A stretch of DNA of 62,910 bases from Ancylonema sp. (lineage: Eukaryota). The translations under genes and the position numbers were made by a program. Numbering within the stretch: position 1 is the stretch's first letter; every line of letters begins with the position of its first letter. Under the pieces are notes generated by a model that had not been told where the DNA came from, searched no databases, and saw only the letters and a list, made by a program, of their open reading frames with translations. The DNA is taken from contig JBFLGF010000205.1 in assembly GCA_050230475.1 (NCBI GenBank), positions 1-62,910 of the forward strand. Direction: 5' to 3'. Shown here piece after piece: positions 25,801-39,206 of this stretch.

Positions 25801-26168
25801 TAATCCTGAATCAGTTTGTCCCACATCTCCTTTGGATCCCGATCCTTCCGGTATTTTTCGAGACCACGCGTGATGTTGTTGCTCACGAGCGACATGATGA
25901 GCATGACCGCGCGCTTGCATTTCTTCCGGTACAATTTCAGGTTCTCCGTGTAGTCTTCCACTTCCTCATAATTTGTGAGATTAAGATCTGAATCTCGTTT
26001 AGACAATACCACCTCGGGCTCCAACTCTGTCCCCTCACACACTTCTAGACAATCCTCATTATCTAAAATTGCGCATGTTTTCGACCGCCATGCCTGAAAT
26101 GGCACGCGGTCCCCATCCAAGATCGTATATCTTGCTCTGATACCACTGTGAGTGTTACCATCATCCAT
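22900..26168 (-). pseudogene. Copia gag-pol, internally deleted copy A (most of RT and part of integrase missing)
   Basis: Gag ORF 25536-26168, protease FLIDGGA, pre-integrase LHVRLGH, then FKSKWVFRVKK jumps almost directly to RNase H-region YSD and RRSKHIELKWH. Confidence 0.88.
26134..26145 (-). promoter_or_regulatory. Primer binding site TGGTATCAGAGC (tRNA-iMet 3' end); second copy at 31172-31183
   Basis: Canonical plant copia PBS one base from the LTR end. Confidence 0.92.
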
Positions 26169-26423
26169 GATGTCTTCTTTACACCAATAGCTTCAATCTT
26201 CAGAATCAAACTTATTCACGACATGCCATACAAGAGAGTCGAGTCTTGATTGCAAAGACTCCGATTAATTATTATGGCGGCCGCAACTCCTCAGTAAACA
26301 TGCCTTGTCGGATGTATCGTTCCAACGAATACTTACTAAAATATATAGCAAGAAGGCATGGTGCCACAAAAAAATCGATATAACGAATATTCTCAATACA
26401 ACAAAGTTTCTAGCCAATTCTCA
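26147..26423 (-). repeat. Shared middle LTR of tandem copia
   Basis: PPT on one side (26424-26437) and PBS on the other (26134-26145). Confidence 0.93.
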
Positions 26424-26579
26424 GACCCCCTCCCTAGAAACTTTGGCACACCCCCTCCAAAAAAAATCATGTCATCGATATCGATTTTTCATATCAAAGT
26501 TTCACCCCCCCCAAAAACCCCCTCCCAATGAAAAAACAAACTGCCCCCTCCCAAACAACTGGTTCCCTCCCCCCTCCCA

Positions 26580-29500
26580 AGCATTGACTCCTAAGGAGCA
26601 GCAACAAGCCCAATCATGGCACAGTTTGCCTCAAGTATCTTAACTCGGACTGCCTTAGTGAGCATATCAGCTGCCTGAAACTCACTCTTAACAAACTACA
26701 ACCTGATCACCTGCGACCCTCTCCCGAATAGAGTGCCACTTCAACTCAATGTGCTTGGAGCGACGATGAAATACTGGGTTTTCTGCCAGCTTGAGGACTC
26801 ATTATCTCCGAGCAAGAGAACCCCAGCACGACCAGCAATTCCCAACTCCCCTTGCAGCTGGCTAAGGTAGAGGGCCTCATTACCAGCTGTACCGAGTGCT
26901 ACATACTCACTTTCACAACTGCTATGAGTAACCGCCTCTAGCAAGCTACTTCTCTAGGTGATCGCAGCCCCCCAACTAATGAACACATATCCTCCCCAGC
27001 CCTTGCGCGTTGCCTCATCATTGCCGTGACTCCTGTCTGAGTAGCCCCATACAGGCAACTCCCCCCTACTTTGGTACAACAGCCCATGAGTTAAGGTGCC
27101 TTTAATGTACCGCAACACTCGCTTTACCCCCTCCCAGGGTTGGGCTGCTGAATTTTGATTGTAGCAGCAGAGGCTGTTGACAGCCGCCGCGAGGTCAGGA
27201 CGCGTCCTAGAGCACAGGTAGAGAAGGCTGCCCATTGCAGATCTATAGGGAACATCCGCCACCCCCTCTCAGACGAAGTCTACCACTGGCCCAGGGTCCT
27301 TACAGAAGTCCTTGCCAACCTCAAGAGGGGTAACTGCAGGGTTGCACGCCAGCATATTGAACTTCCCGAGCACCTCCCGTGCGTACTTCTCCTGACAGAG
27401 AAACACCCCTCCATCTGGTTGCCTCCTTATCTCCAATCCCAAAAAGAATCTGGCCTCCCCCAGATCCTGCATTCGGAACTGCTCCTCTAGCTGCACCTTG
27501 ACTCCGAGAATCCTGCTCAGCTCCTTGGACAGGAGAAACAAGTCGTCCACGTAGAGGGCTAGGTAGAGGAAGTCAGGGCCAGACCCCTTGACATAGAGAC
27601 CGAAATCAGATTGAAGACGGCGGAATCCTAGTCCCCGTAGAACCTCATCGATATGAGCGTTCCACATGCGGGGTGACTGTTTGAGGCCGTACAGACACCT
27701 CAAGAGGAGCCATACCTTCCCTTCATCCCTTGGCTCTCAAGCCCCCTCAGGGGGCTCCATGTAGATGATCTCCTCCAAAGGGGCGTAGAGGAAAGCTGTC
27801 GTGACGTCCATCTGGTGCATGTGCAGCTGCTGGGAGGCACCGAGGGCGACCAGCTGACGGATCCCCTCGAAACGCACAGTTGGGGAGAAAGTTTGGTCGT
27901 AGTCTTCTCCTTCCACTTGGCTGAACCCCTTTGCGACCACCCACCCTTTGTACTTGTCTACCTCCCCCTTTGCTTTTTTCTTTACCCTGAAGACCCACTT
28001 GCATTTGACTACTTTCACCCCAGGAGGTCGGTTTACGACTCGATAGACATTGTTATCCTTCAAGCTGGCCATCTCATAGTCCATGGCAGCCTGCCACTTG
28101 GCACTTTTTGGACTGTGGAGGGCGGCTACGCGGCTGCGACAGATTCTGCTGCTCTAGAGCCAGATGTGCAGCGTACCCTGCCACGAATCTGACAGGGGGA
28201 ATTCCAGAGTTCACTCTGCCACATCGGCGGGTATGTGGGGGTAAGGCTAGGGTATCCACAGCTGCCCCACCCGCATTTCCAACCCCAGCTCCGGCTCTGG
28301 CTCCCATCCCAGCTCTAGCAACAGCCCGTGTTACTCGCCACCTCCCGAGTGACCGGCCCCGACTGGATTCTCAGCGTCTGCATCGCTGGGATACCATTCA
28401 GGGCCGTCCTCTAGCTGCTCATCCATGGAGCTACCCCCGCTTGAGTTGGTGACGAGGTCAAGAGCATCCTGATCCTGACGGGGAGGATGGTCCTGACGCT
28501 GAGGTAAAGGAGTCCCCACAGCGTCAGGGATTGCATCTTCCCCGCCGCCACCCCAACCTCCCACTCCCCAACTGCCACCTCCGGCACCCCCGTTTCTAGC
28601 ACCCGCACCTTCAGCTCCTCTACCACCATCACCCCATCCTTCCCCACCCCCACCTCCAGCGCCTCCACCACCGTCAGCCCAACCTTCACCACCCCCACCT
28701 CCAGCACCCTCACCCTCGCCAGGACCTCCAACTCCAGCTCCTGTAGCACCCTGGACGCCATGGCTAGCTCCCCTTCCTCGTCGCGGCGAAACAAGCCACT
28801 GAATCTCCTCAAATTCAAGAGATTCAGCGAGCCTGTTTTTCTTCCCCAGCTGCTGCCCCTTCCACCACTCTGATGGGACAGATTCGTCGAAATCAGCATG
28901 ACCGACACCAACGTTACTGACGACGTTGGTGGTGGGGTCCCACACCCTGTAGCTTGAGTCTTTGAAGCCCACAACCCCGATCCACGCCAAGGGTCCCATC
29001 TTCCCTTTGCGATCCGCGCTTTTCCATCCACACGTAGACCTTGCAGCCATATGCACGCAGGTGGCTGACGTTTGGCGGGTTGCCACTCCACATCTCCTCC
29101 GGGGTTGTTGGGAGGCCCACGACCTGGCAGCGATTTATGAGATAGGAGGCGAAGGAAATCGCTTCGCCCCAGAGGCCAGAAGGGACCTTCATACCGACCA
29201 GCATGGACCGAGCGCGGTCCTGGAGCGTTTTGTTCATGCGCTCCGTGATGCCGTTGGCCTGAGGGGTGTGTGGGGGAGTAGGCTCGTGATTCGGTCCCCG
29301 ATTTCGGAGCCAGAGCTAAAAGCTCCCATCAATAAACTCCCCCCCGTTGTCTGACCGCAAATTCTTGAGTTTTCTGCCGGCCTGAGTCTCCCAGATCGCG
29401 ATCCACTGTTCTAGCCGCTCAGCAGCCTCGTCCTTGGAGCGCAAAATCTCGACCCAAGCTGTTCTGCTGTACTTGTCGACAAGCACCATATTATACGTGC

Positions 29501-31206
29501 CACCCCCAAGAGAGGCTAGAATGAACGGGCCAGCGAGATCCACGGACACCCTACCGAGCCACATCTTCTCTCCGAAATCGGCATGTTTGCGAGGGTGCGG
29601 TCTGTCGTGCGTTTTTCCCATTTTACAACCCTCGCAGTTGACGAAAGCTCCAAAAATGCCGCCCTCAAGCCCCCTCACCAGATTTGAGTTTGCCATGCTT
29701 AGCGGTTTATGTCAACAGCGGCAAGCGCAACTTCCCCTTCGCAAGGAATTTTTCGAATCTGAGGGGTGCAGATGAGGGTGTGGTGGCCTGCCAGGCTTTC
29801 CCGGATAGTCGCAACCTGCTTGCCGTCCTCGCGCAGCAGAGGGACTATCTGGCTTGGTTTCCCCGCACATTTGTAGCTCCACTTGGCCTGCCGCATCCGT
29901 TGCCCGCTGATGAGATTCAAGCGCATCCCAGTGACGTACAGGCAATTGTATAGTGTGATGCCGCCACATTCTCCATGTGTCTTTAGGTGAACAGTCCCCC
30001 ACTGTTTCACCTGGACCGTAACCTGGAGTTGCCTCAGCACTAGCTCGTGCGGAATATCCTCGATGGTCGAGAAGTGGCTGATGCTGCCGGTTGTGTGATC
30101 ACTGGCCCCTCCGTCAATCAGAAATTCTGGATTGCCGTTCAAATCCCCAACGCAGGCTTCGCCAAGACAAATTTCGCCATGACCGAGACCCACGTCCTCA
30201 TATTCTCCTACTAGGGCGCTTTTCTGTTTTCCGACAGCACGTCGTCCAGGCAGCACTCCATTCTTTTTTTCGTAGCAACAACGGGCATTGTGGCCGATGG
30301 CCTCGCAGTGATTGCAGATCTGTCCCTTGTCAAGGCAGTCTCTGCTGATGTGACCGGAGATCCCACACGAGTAACACGTGATTGTGTCCCCGCGACCTCA
30401 ATGAGATCCGCTTCCTTCCCCGCGTCCACCTCCACTGACACGGCCTCCCCCATAATTACCCTCTCCGGCAGCTCGGTTCCATTTCGCATAGTTGGCCTCC
30501 GCGACTAGCGCTTCGGCCTTTGCTGCTGTTCTCTCCTCAGCATCCTCGAACTCGTTGCGACTGAGCTGCCCCTCGATCCAGCTCAAGCCAGGTGGCTCAA
30601 CCTGCGAGAAGTATGTCGCCTTCAAAGGATTCCATACTCCTTGCGCGGCATCCCCGCAAAGAGCGCCATGACCTTGTCCTCTTCGCAGATGACCTGACCA
30701 ACCGGCAGCTGGTACTCCAGGGCCTCTATGATTGCCGTGAACTCATCCCTAGTGTCCCGTACACTCTTAGATTCGTCGATTCTGAACGAGTTTAGCTTTT
30801 GCCGAGTTGCCTAAGCTCAGGCGAGACTTTATCATAATCCCGAATCATTGTCCCACATCCCTTTTGGGTCCCGATCCCGGTATTTTTATAGACCGCGCGC
30901 GATGATGTTGTTGCTCACGAGCGACATAATGAGCATGACCGCGCGTTTGCATTTCTTTCGGTACAATTTCAGGTCCTCCGTGTAGTCTTCCACTTCCTCA
31001 TAATTTGTGAGATTAAGATCTAAATCTATCTCGTTTAGACAATACCACCTCGGGCTCCAACTCTCTGTCCCCTCACACACTTCTAGACAATCCTCATTAT
31101 CTAAAATTGAGCATGTTTTCGACCGCCATGCCTGAAATGGCACGCGGTCCCCATCCAAGATCGTGTATCTTGCTCTGATACCACTGTGAGTGTTACCATC
31201 ATCCAT
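26580..31206 (-). pseudogene. Copia gag-pol, near full-length disrupted copy B
   Basis: Fragments: gag, FLIDGGASDH (PR), VDLAGP/RSDNGGEF (IN), HQMDVTTAFL, LYGLKQSPRMW, LYVDDL (RT), GYSD, SSCESEY (RH); several frameshifts and stops. Confidence 0.92.
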
Positions 31207-31458
31207 GATGTCTTCTTTACACCAATAGCTTCCAATCTTCAGAATCAAACTTATTCACGACATGCCATACAAGAGAGTCGAGTCGTCTTGATTGCAAAGA
31301 CTCCGATTAATTATTATGGCGGCCGCAAGGCCTAAGAAAACATGCCTTGTTGGAGTATTGTTCTAACGAATACTTACTAAAATATATAGCAAGAAGGCAT
31401 GTTGCCACAAAATCGATATAAATATTCTCAATACAACAAAGTTTCTAGCCAATTCTCA
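31185..31458 (-). repeat. 5' LTR of tandem copia
   Basis: Followed on minus strand by PBS at 31172-31183. Confidence 0.93.
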
Positions 31459-32069
31459 CTACTACACGATTGAGTTTGTGAACACACCCCTTTATAAAAC
31501 CCAATTGGATTCCTCACCAATCAATTTTTACGACCCTCCTTTTGGTTTTCTTATCCTCCCACTGTATTTATACATCAAACCTACCTCCATATATTATACC
31601 AAATATTGCCGATTGCCTATTGCATACTGCCCTCCAACGTCGCACACATGGCACCCTCATGAGCTGTGACGTGACATAACGAGTACATCACAAATGACTC
31701 ATCCTCACCACTCGCATGCCCCCCATTGTTCATTCCTACCACCCCCCGTACAACAACAACCTCCATAAATGAAGACACACACAAGTGGACACAATTCGCA
31801 CCCGATACTGCTTCCGATTCCGTACCCTCCTCCCCACTTTTCTTACCACACTTACCCCTCCTAAAAAATAACCCACCCACGCCTGTCCACTCCCACCCCA
31901 CCTATCCGCCCCCCCCACGCCCGGCCCACCCTACCTCATCTCCTCCACAAAAGCCCCCCCCCCATCCGCTTCCCCCCACCCGTCCACCCCATCCGCCCCC
32001 GAACTCGCCCACACAACCGTCCCCGCCCTCGCCCCCCGCCCCCGCCCCCGCCCCTGCCCTCCCCCCCCC

Positions 32070-34334
32070 CTAGTTCGGCTCCTCGATGAACACTTCCTCG
32101 ATGACTGTAACGAGGGACACCATGAGCGCTAAATCCACCCCGGGAAACACGCGCACCAAGTAGGTGTCCAACCCGCTGTAGTAGTTGGCAAGGGACTCGG
32201 AGCGGTGGATTTGGGCCAGCATGCGGCCCGTGGACTCCTCGACGATCTGCGTGCGTTGTACGGATTCATGTACGGATTCGTGGGGGGAATCGAGCGCGGT
32301 GGTTGGTGCGTTTGGTCGACTCCGTTGGTCGACCAAACGGGTTGTTTTTTTCACAGATGCGAACTAATATAACCTCTCACAAATAATGGCTTCTTTCTCC
32401 CTGACCCGAACAAAATTCATTCAGACAGCTAATGCTGACGATTTGACCGACGAAATCGAGTGAGTGGGGTGGGTGACTGCATCCGTTACGATTGCATCTG
32501 TCACGATTGCTCACCTGGAAATCGTACTCCATGAACGACCCCTGAATCCTGATGTCGGGCGCCTTCCGGTTCTTGTTGCCGTGCAAAAACACCTGTATAT
32601 GAATCACAGCGCAGAGGACAGCCACCCAGAATCACACATTGGTATGGTACTACGTCTACTGGTACTACTTTTGTTCTCCTGAAATGTTGGAAACTTTTGT
32701 AGTTTGAGAGTCTCCGAACAAAACCCACACGGAACAAAAGGGTAAATCGAATTCTTTTACTTATGCAATATACCCCAAAAAAGGGGGGGGGGGGGGGGGA
32801 AAAACAACCAAAAAAGAAAAGGGAGTGGCTTGCGACTCTTGCACTCAGCGTCAACCTCACTTGCTGCTCCCCAGCCCCCCACCACCTCCCCCCACCCCCC
32901 CCTCCCGCCCTTCCCGCCCCTCCCGCCCCCACCTGTGCGTGCGGCGTGAATGACAGCACCACTTTCCTCACTTCTGCCACGGCCGTTTTCTCACTGGGCT
33001 CTGCCCCCGGGCAGATGAAGGTGACCCCGTGAATGGAAAACATCTTCTTCATACTGCTACAGAGTGGGTGGCCGCCCAAATCGTACAGGGTGCGCTTTTT
33101 CTGGAAGGAGAAGAATCTGGAGGGATGGGGGGGGGGGAGGGGGGGGAGGTGGGGGTGGGGGAGGGGAGAGGGTAGGGGGGGGTGGGGTTGCAAGTTTAGG
33201 AATAAGTCGTATTTGGAAGTCAGAGTTTTTTGGCAGAGACTAGTGTCTAGTGGCTAGTAACCTGAGTCCTGTAGCATGTAACCTGTATCCTGTCACCTGT
33301 CACTTGCCACTTGTATCCTGTATCCTGTTGCCTGTGACCTGTGACCTGTGACCTGTGACCTGTGACCTGTTTATTCCAAGACTAGTGACCCTGCGACACG
33401 TGACTGACAGTTTGCAGTGAACCATATCCGAGATAGTAATAAGGAACGGGTACCCGTGAGTCGGTACACGGGAACCGTTTCATGCGTCTTATGAGTGAAA
33501 GAGAGCATGTGAACATATGCCTAGCGAACCCTAAAAGTTTGTCGGCTCATTCTGCCGTTCTGCCATTCTGCCATTCTGCCATTCTGCCAGTGTGGCATTC
33601 TGGAATCCACAGTCCCTCTCTCCGACAAATGCACATTTGAGCCCAAGCAGTTCTGCGCTCACGCCTAGACCGTCCCTCCCACCACCAACACGCTGCATAC
33701 CGCAACTTCCCGGAAACTTCGCGTAGAAGCACACTGCTTACTTGCAGCGAAGGCGGAAGTGGACGCGTCCATATGCGTCCGACACGTCCATGTCCTCATT
33801 CGAAATGCTGCGTCCCTCGCGCATGATGAGGGTCGTCTCGTACGGAAGCGCGAAATGCGCCCCGAACACGTTCAAGATTGGCTGAACGGGAGGAAGCCCC
33901 TGAGGTGGGCCGGGGGCCGGTTGGCCAGGAGGTGGGCCCTGCTGCGGCGGAGGTCCCTGCCCTGGGGGTGGATCCTGCCCCGGCGGAGGGGCCTGTCCAG
34001 GTGGCGCTTGTCCAGGTGGCGCCTGCCCTGGTTGGCCAGACCCTGGCGTTGAGCCAGAGGAGCCTGGCGTGGAAGGGTACGGATTTGGGGCTCCGCCGTA
34101 GGAGGGCTGCTGCGGGGGATAGCCTTGCTGCGGAGGGTAACCTTGCTGCGGAGGGTAACCCTGCTGCGGCGGGTAACCGCCGTAACCCTGCTGGGGAGGG
34201 TAGCCTCCGTAACCTTGCTGAGGCGGGTAGCCCCCGTATCCCTGCTGCGGCGGTGGATGACCAGGATAACCCTGTTGTGGGGGGTAACCGGGGTGGCCTT
34301 GGGGAGGGCCTCCAGAGTTACCGGGGTACGACAT
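32070..34334 (-). CDS. LURP-one-related (LOR / Tubby-C-like) protein with Pro/Gly/Tyr/Gln-rich N-terminus; exons 34334-33742, 33116-32933, 32592-32515, 32246-32070
   Basis: Spliced product contains LOR-type motifs KRTLYDLGGHPLCS, PDIRIQGSF, DTYLVRVFPGVDLALMVSLVTVIEE; all GT-AG junctions preserve frame. Confidence 0.87.
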
Positions 34335-36569
34335 CGGGGACTATAGTTTGTTGGCTAACAGAAAATCGCCGCGCCTTCACGGATTGGAATTTTAAGCAAG
34401 CGTAAGAGCACACACAAGCGGATGTAGTGAAGAAAGTCAGAAGTTTGGTCGCGAGGACACTTCAAAACTTCAGCTTCGTCTTTTCAGTGGTGGAAAGCAG
34501 TGTATTTCTCGTTGTCAGACAATTTCGTACCGTATGCTACGCGGTAAAGAGAAAGAAGCGGGCCAAGCCCGCTACCGCATGAAACCGTCCTCTGGACCTA
34601 CCGGTTCAAGGGGCAGGCCGGCAGGAGTACTTATTCTAAACCGAATGCCGGCCTCTCGATGCACGAAAAGCCAGTTGCCGTACAGTTCTACATCATTGTA
34701 CTTATTCTATCCTCTGAGACTCACTGCGGACTCGTACTTTCCTGAGCCCATGCGGTCATGCGCGATCGCTATTTGTACGCCAACAAGTAAACCCTCCATA
34801 TGACGACAAAGAAAATTGACACAACGATATTACATTACATCGAGGTGTCTATCGTTCCTATTATAATTTAAAATGAGTGTTATTATATCGAGGGATAGTG
34901 TAAATTAGGCTAAATAAATACTATAAACATGACGAGCTTAACTTTTCCCCACACAACGTCAAGATCCGTGAGTGTTCTCCGTATGTGTGTTGTGATATTT
35001 GCTCTACAAGTACACACGGATACCATCACACGATATGGTGTTTTTTTTTCCAGGATTTAGTCATTTTGTTTCTCCATTGTATACTACATACGGTCATTCA
35101 ATTGGGGATACGTGAAAGGTCGTTATGCTCATATCGAGGGTGCTTTATGCATTAATTAAAAGATCAAAATGTTGTTGTCATATCGAGTATATCGCTATCT
35201 CGAGACACTCAATACGAGAGTAGACTGCAATGCCTACCCAGTGGGTAGGCATTAGTGGGTAGCACCCACTACCGTACTTGCCATGTTTATAGCCCCATTT
35301 CATTTCAAAATACATTAATACACAGTAGCCCCACCCCACCCCTTAGGAGTGGGGTGGGACACCACCCGTTTCGCCCCATCCCATCCCGTGCGGTAATTCA
35401 TGTCTAGAGGATGATACGTCAGGCTTGACAATTGGAATTACCGGCATTTAAGGCCCCCGTATGCGGCGCGACATAGATTAGTGTAGCGATGTGTTAGTCT
35501 CTTGTTACTCGTTACGGGCGTTTCAATTACATCGAGATGTGCCAACAAACATGGTAGACATAACATGTACATCATCCTCTTACATTAAGTTCATCTTAAG
35601 TTGAATCGGGTGCTACCCCTGGCGATCCGTCGACAACACTCAGACAAGCGCTACCTTGGGGTGTCATAGGAAGGACTAGCCGACACGGTAGTATTTTACG
35701 TGCGTGGGTGCTTCTATATGTAATTGACGCGAATGCTCTACGTGAAATTCCAAGACGTGGAGGGCCCATCTACGATATCGTACTGGCCACACATAATGAC
35801 CCGCAAATAATTATGAGAAGGGTGGGTCGGGTCAAATTAAATAATTCAATTTTTTAAAAAAGTGGGTCATTCTATAATGTGGGTCACAAGATAATAAATA
35901 TTTTTCAGGATTTTTAGAAATTTTATATTGGGTGCGCGGGTTGGGTCAAGTGGTGGTTTCTTAGCTAAATTAATTCGTTTCTTAGCCACTACGGTATGCC
36001 CAGCTCACTCGACTTTTGACGTAGCCAGATACCTGGTTTTGGGGAGAGGAATACCGTACCCACCAAGTTTTAAGCCCCACTAACAAGAACGTGCGGCCAA
36101 GTTTCGAGGCTTAAAAAAATACACAAAGTCGAACCTTGATGAGAGCGGATGTTACGCCTTGCAAACAAGATCAAAATCACATTGCTAAATTGAAGCACCA
36201 TACAACAATGATAGCCTACGAAGGTGACCGGGTCCCGACAAAGCCGCAAACATTAGCGGCCCCTAAAGCATTGGAATTGAATGAGACTGAGAGCCTACAA
36301 TGATTGATGGTTACACACAATCCATTCAGGGGGCGGGGCCGGAGATTGTAATCGCTAATCATGAAGAGTGCTTTGATGTAGTCTCAAGAGGGAAAGTTAC
36401 AATTGCATATCCAACAGCAACTGCACATCCAATAACCACTAACTCACTCATGGAATCATGTTTGGAGCATGAGTTGTCATGTCCCTTCTTTGTTTTTTAT
36501 ATTGTCATAGCATATAGCTTATTGCCTATAGCCTACTGCCTATATAGCTTGCTGCCTATAGCTTGTTGC

Positions 36570-36999
36570 CTATAGTTTGGATTTTATCCGCTCTCGACGT
36601 AAAGACTGCCCTCCATCCACAATGATGCATGCCCCATTCATATACGAGGATGAATCGCACGCCATCCAAATTACCAAACTCGTCAAGTCAGGGTTAGCAC
36701 TACCCCATCGTTGCATAGGGACTAGAAGTTCCGCATTCCTTGTCATGTACGGCTTCTTCATGAGATCCTGAACGCACCATCCGTGGAAGAAAGTATTTAG
36801 AGCGAATTCTCTGCCTAAAGACCATAAAGACATATACTAAATCATGAGAGCATGTAATTTGTGGCTTTGGAATTCTCGAGTGGCGCTTCCTTCAAAGTAG
36901 GGGGAGTAGAAATGATGGCACTTGAACAAGTGGTGAAACAAATCGATATGCAGCATGTGGCACACTAGAGACAAGCACCAATTCGGCCACCGTTTGGCC

Positions 37000-37032
<33 letters not shown>

Positions 37033-38677
37033 AATCCTGAAGCCCCATTCCAAGCCTAATGGTGCAAATTTTCCATTATTAACACTTCTTGCAAAGGTTG
37101 CGGGTTCTCAAACCTGAGTGATTTCCGACGTGAACAACCCGGGGGCAATTGCATTGCAACGAATGCCATAATTCCCAAGCTCTACCGCACAAGCCTGTCA
37201 CACCACGCACGCACAAGAGCAAATGTCATGATCACTACATATACATATACATCACTACATGATCTATCGTCTCACGCTCTCATCCACTGCATAGATTGAA
37301 TCCCTATGATTCACGTATTCACACAAGTATGGAGAAACCTATGTGCAAACTCTATAACTTCGTGAAACGACGGCCCATGAAGTGGAACTTTAGTCTTTGC
37401 CTACAAAGGGAAGGCACACATACATTTTGAGGTCAACCAATCAAGACCGTGTCTGCCAAGATAAATGGCAAAGGATTGACAAATTACGGATGTCAGGCGG
37501 ATGACAGCCGCTTTAGAAGCCGAATAAGCCGCAGCTCCACCGAGAAGTCCTCTTTCAATGCCTGATATTGAGGCGACGTTGATAATGCTGCAACCCCTCC
37601 TCCCACTCGCTATCATACGCTTGGATATGGTTTTCGTGACTATCCACGGCCCCCGAACATTGATTGCGAAAACAGAATCCCACTCGTCCTCATGAATCTC
37701 GATGACTTCACACTTGGTTCCTTCAAGGGGGGTACAAAAGACGACTTTAGGATCATCGACGAGGGAGTTGGAAAGGCATGATCATGAAGCCTTGTTGTAT
37801 CCTAACTTCGTATGGGTCTCATGCAAACGATACTCTTTGTCATCTAAAGCAAAGATGACAAGTCAAGATAAATCAGGAGCAAACGATCCACTTGATAACC
37901 AATCGTGTGTAGAAGGATTCGAAGGCTTATAGACTTGGAGATGCACATACACAACAACCAAACAATGCTTAGATTGATATTACTCCGAAGAAGCCAATTC
38001 ACCTCTTATTCCCGCATTGTTGATCACAATATCAAGACCTCCAAAGGCATCCCAAGCCACCTGAACAGCAGCATCCACTTCCCTTTCCTTCCCAGCGACA
38101 TCGAGTTCAAGTGCAAGTGCTCTCCCGGGTGGATTGCCGCCTGCAAACCTCAAGGGAGGAATGAAATCTATCGATGAAGTGATGAAGTGACCCTTCCCCA
38201 ATCTGAATGGAGGGTGGATGGCTTAACGGACGTAGAGGCATTGAGTGTTTTAGATTAGGCAAGAAATCATATAGATCAACATTAGGTCCCCTTGACTATT
38301 TCACTTCAACTACCTTGAGCATGATTCCGATCGAGGGATCAGGGCAGTTCAAAACTCTAGTGTACAAGAAGTGGATGTCAAAAGGTCATTGAACGAGATT
38401 TGATCAGATGCGTACAATATTATCAGCAAATGCAATCATATGGTGGAATTCAAGCTCTTTGGAGCATACCCCCCGACTTGGCTAGTGTTTCTATCTCGTG
38501 GCACAACTCTTCCAGTTTATCCTTTCTTCGGGCAGCTACCACAACGTTGCAGCCCCGCTGAGCAAGAGCTAAAGCTATCTCTCGACCGATTCCGGAAGAA
38601 GCGCCAGTCACAATTGCAGACCTTCCCCGGACTGAAAACAAGTCAGGTGGCTCTTCGATGCTGCCTGAATTTTCCAT
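36570..38677 (-). CDS. Classical short-chain dehydrogenase/reductase with C-terminal PTS1 (SKL); exons 38677-38470, 38140-38003, 37720-37488, 37194-37114, 36767-36570
   Basis: TGASSGIG cofactor motif, NNAG, SIINVAS, YSASK catalytic Yxxx[14 protein letters not shown]; ends IKSKL*; junctions in frame. Confidence 0.93.
37000..37030. repeat. (GT)n microsatellite in SDR intron
   Basis: Direct reading. Confidence 0.95.
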
Positions 38678-39206
38678 TCTCTCTCGGTCTTTTTTTTGGA
38701 TAAACAGAAGGTGCGAGAAAGTAATTTGCGACGGAACCAGTCCAGTCGGAATTGCAGAAAAAAACGAACGCTATATACTCCGTCCTGTGCTAGACGCACG
38801 CCTCAAGATCTACTCGCCTCTATTCAGCACGGTAGTATGTTGGCGTAGAAGAAGTAAAGAAGCACCCCGAAGGCCTGCAGAGACGGGAGGAGGCGCATGA
38901 CTTCACTCAATAAACTCGCGCCAAAACAGCATCCCCTCGATACAACGAACCACAGTCACGAACAACGTTAAGGTTGTCCCATACAGAACGCCCTATAACG
39001 TGATAGTCGTTATAAAGAGGGTACCGAGTGGTGCTCCTGGGCGGGTTTTCCCGTTCGGACCCCTCACTCCTGCCAGAACGTCCTGTCAAAACAAGTCGTC
39101 GCCTGTACGTCTGTGCTTGCGCTCCGCAGGAGCTGTGAGTGAGTCGGTCCGGGAACAAGAAACTCACACGCAGTACCCTCTGCCTTAAGCTCAGAGAGGG
39201 TTCACG
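38678..39206. promoter_or_regulatory. Putative bidirectional promoter between divergent SDR and U2AF35
   Basis: Start codons are only ~530 bp apart head-to-head; TATAA-like motifs at ~38994 and ~39011. Confidence 0.5.

Larger units (their letters stand above)
22477..31458 (-). mobile_element. Tandem Ty1/copia LTR retrotransposon: LTR-internal B-LTR-internal A-LTR
   Basis: Three ~275-bp TG...CA LTRs (22477-22753, 26147-26423, 31185-31458); PBS TGGTATCAGAGC follows the right and middle LTRs and PPT AGGGAGGGGG precedes the middle and left LTRs on the minus strand; domain order gag-PR-IN-RT-RH. Confidence 0.95.
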
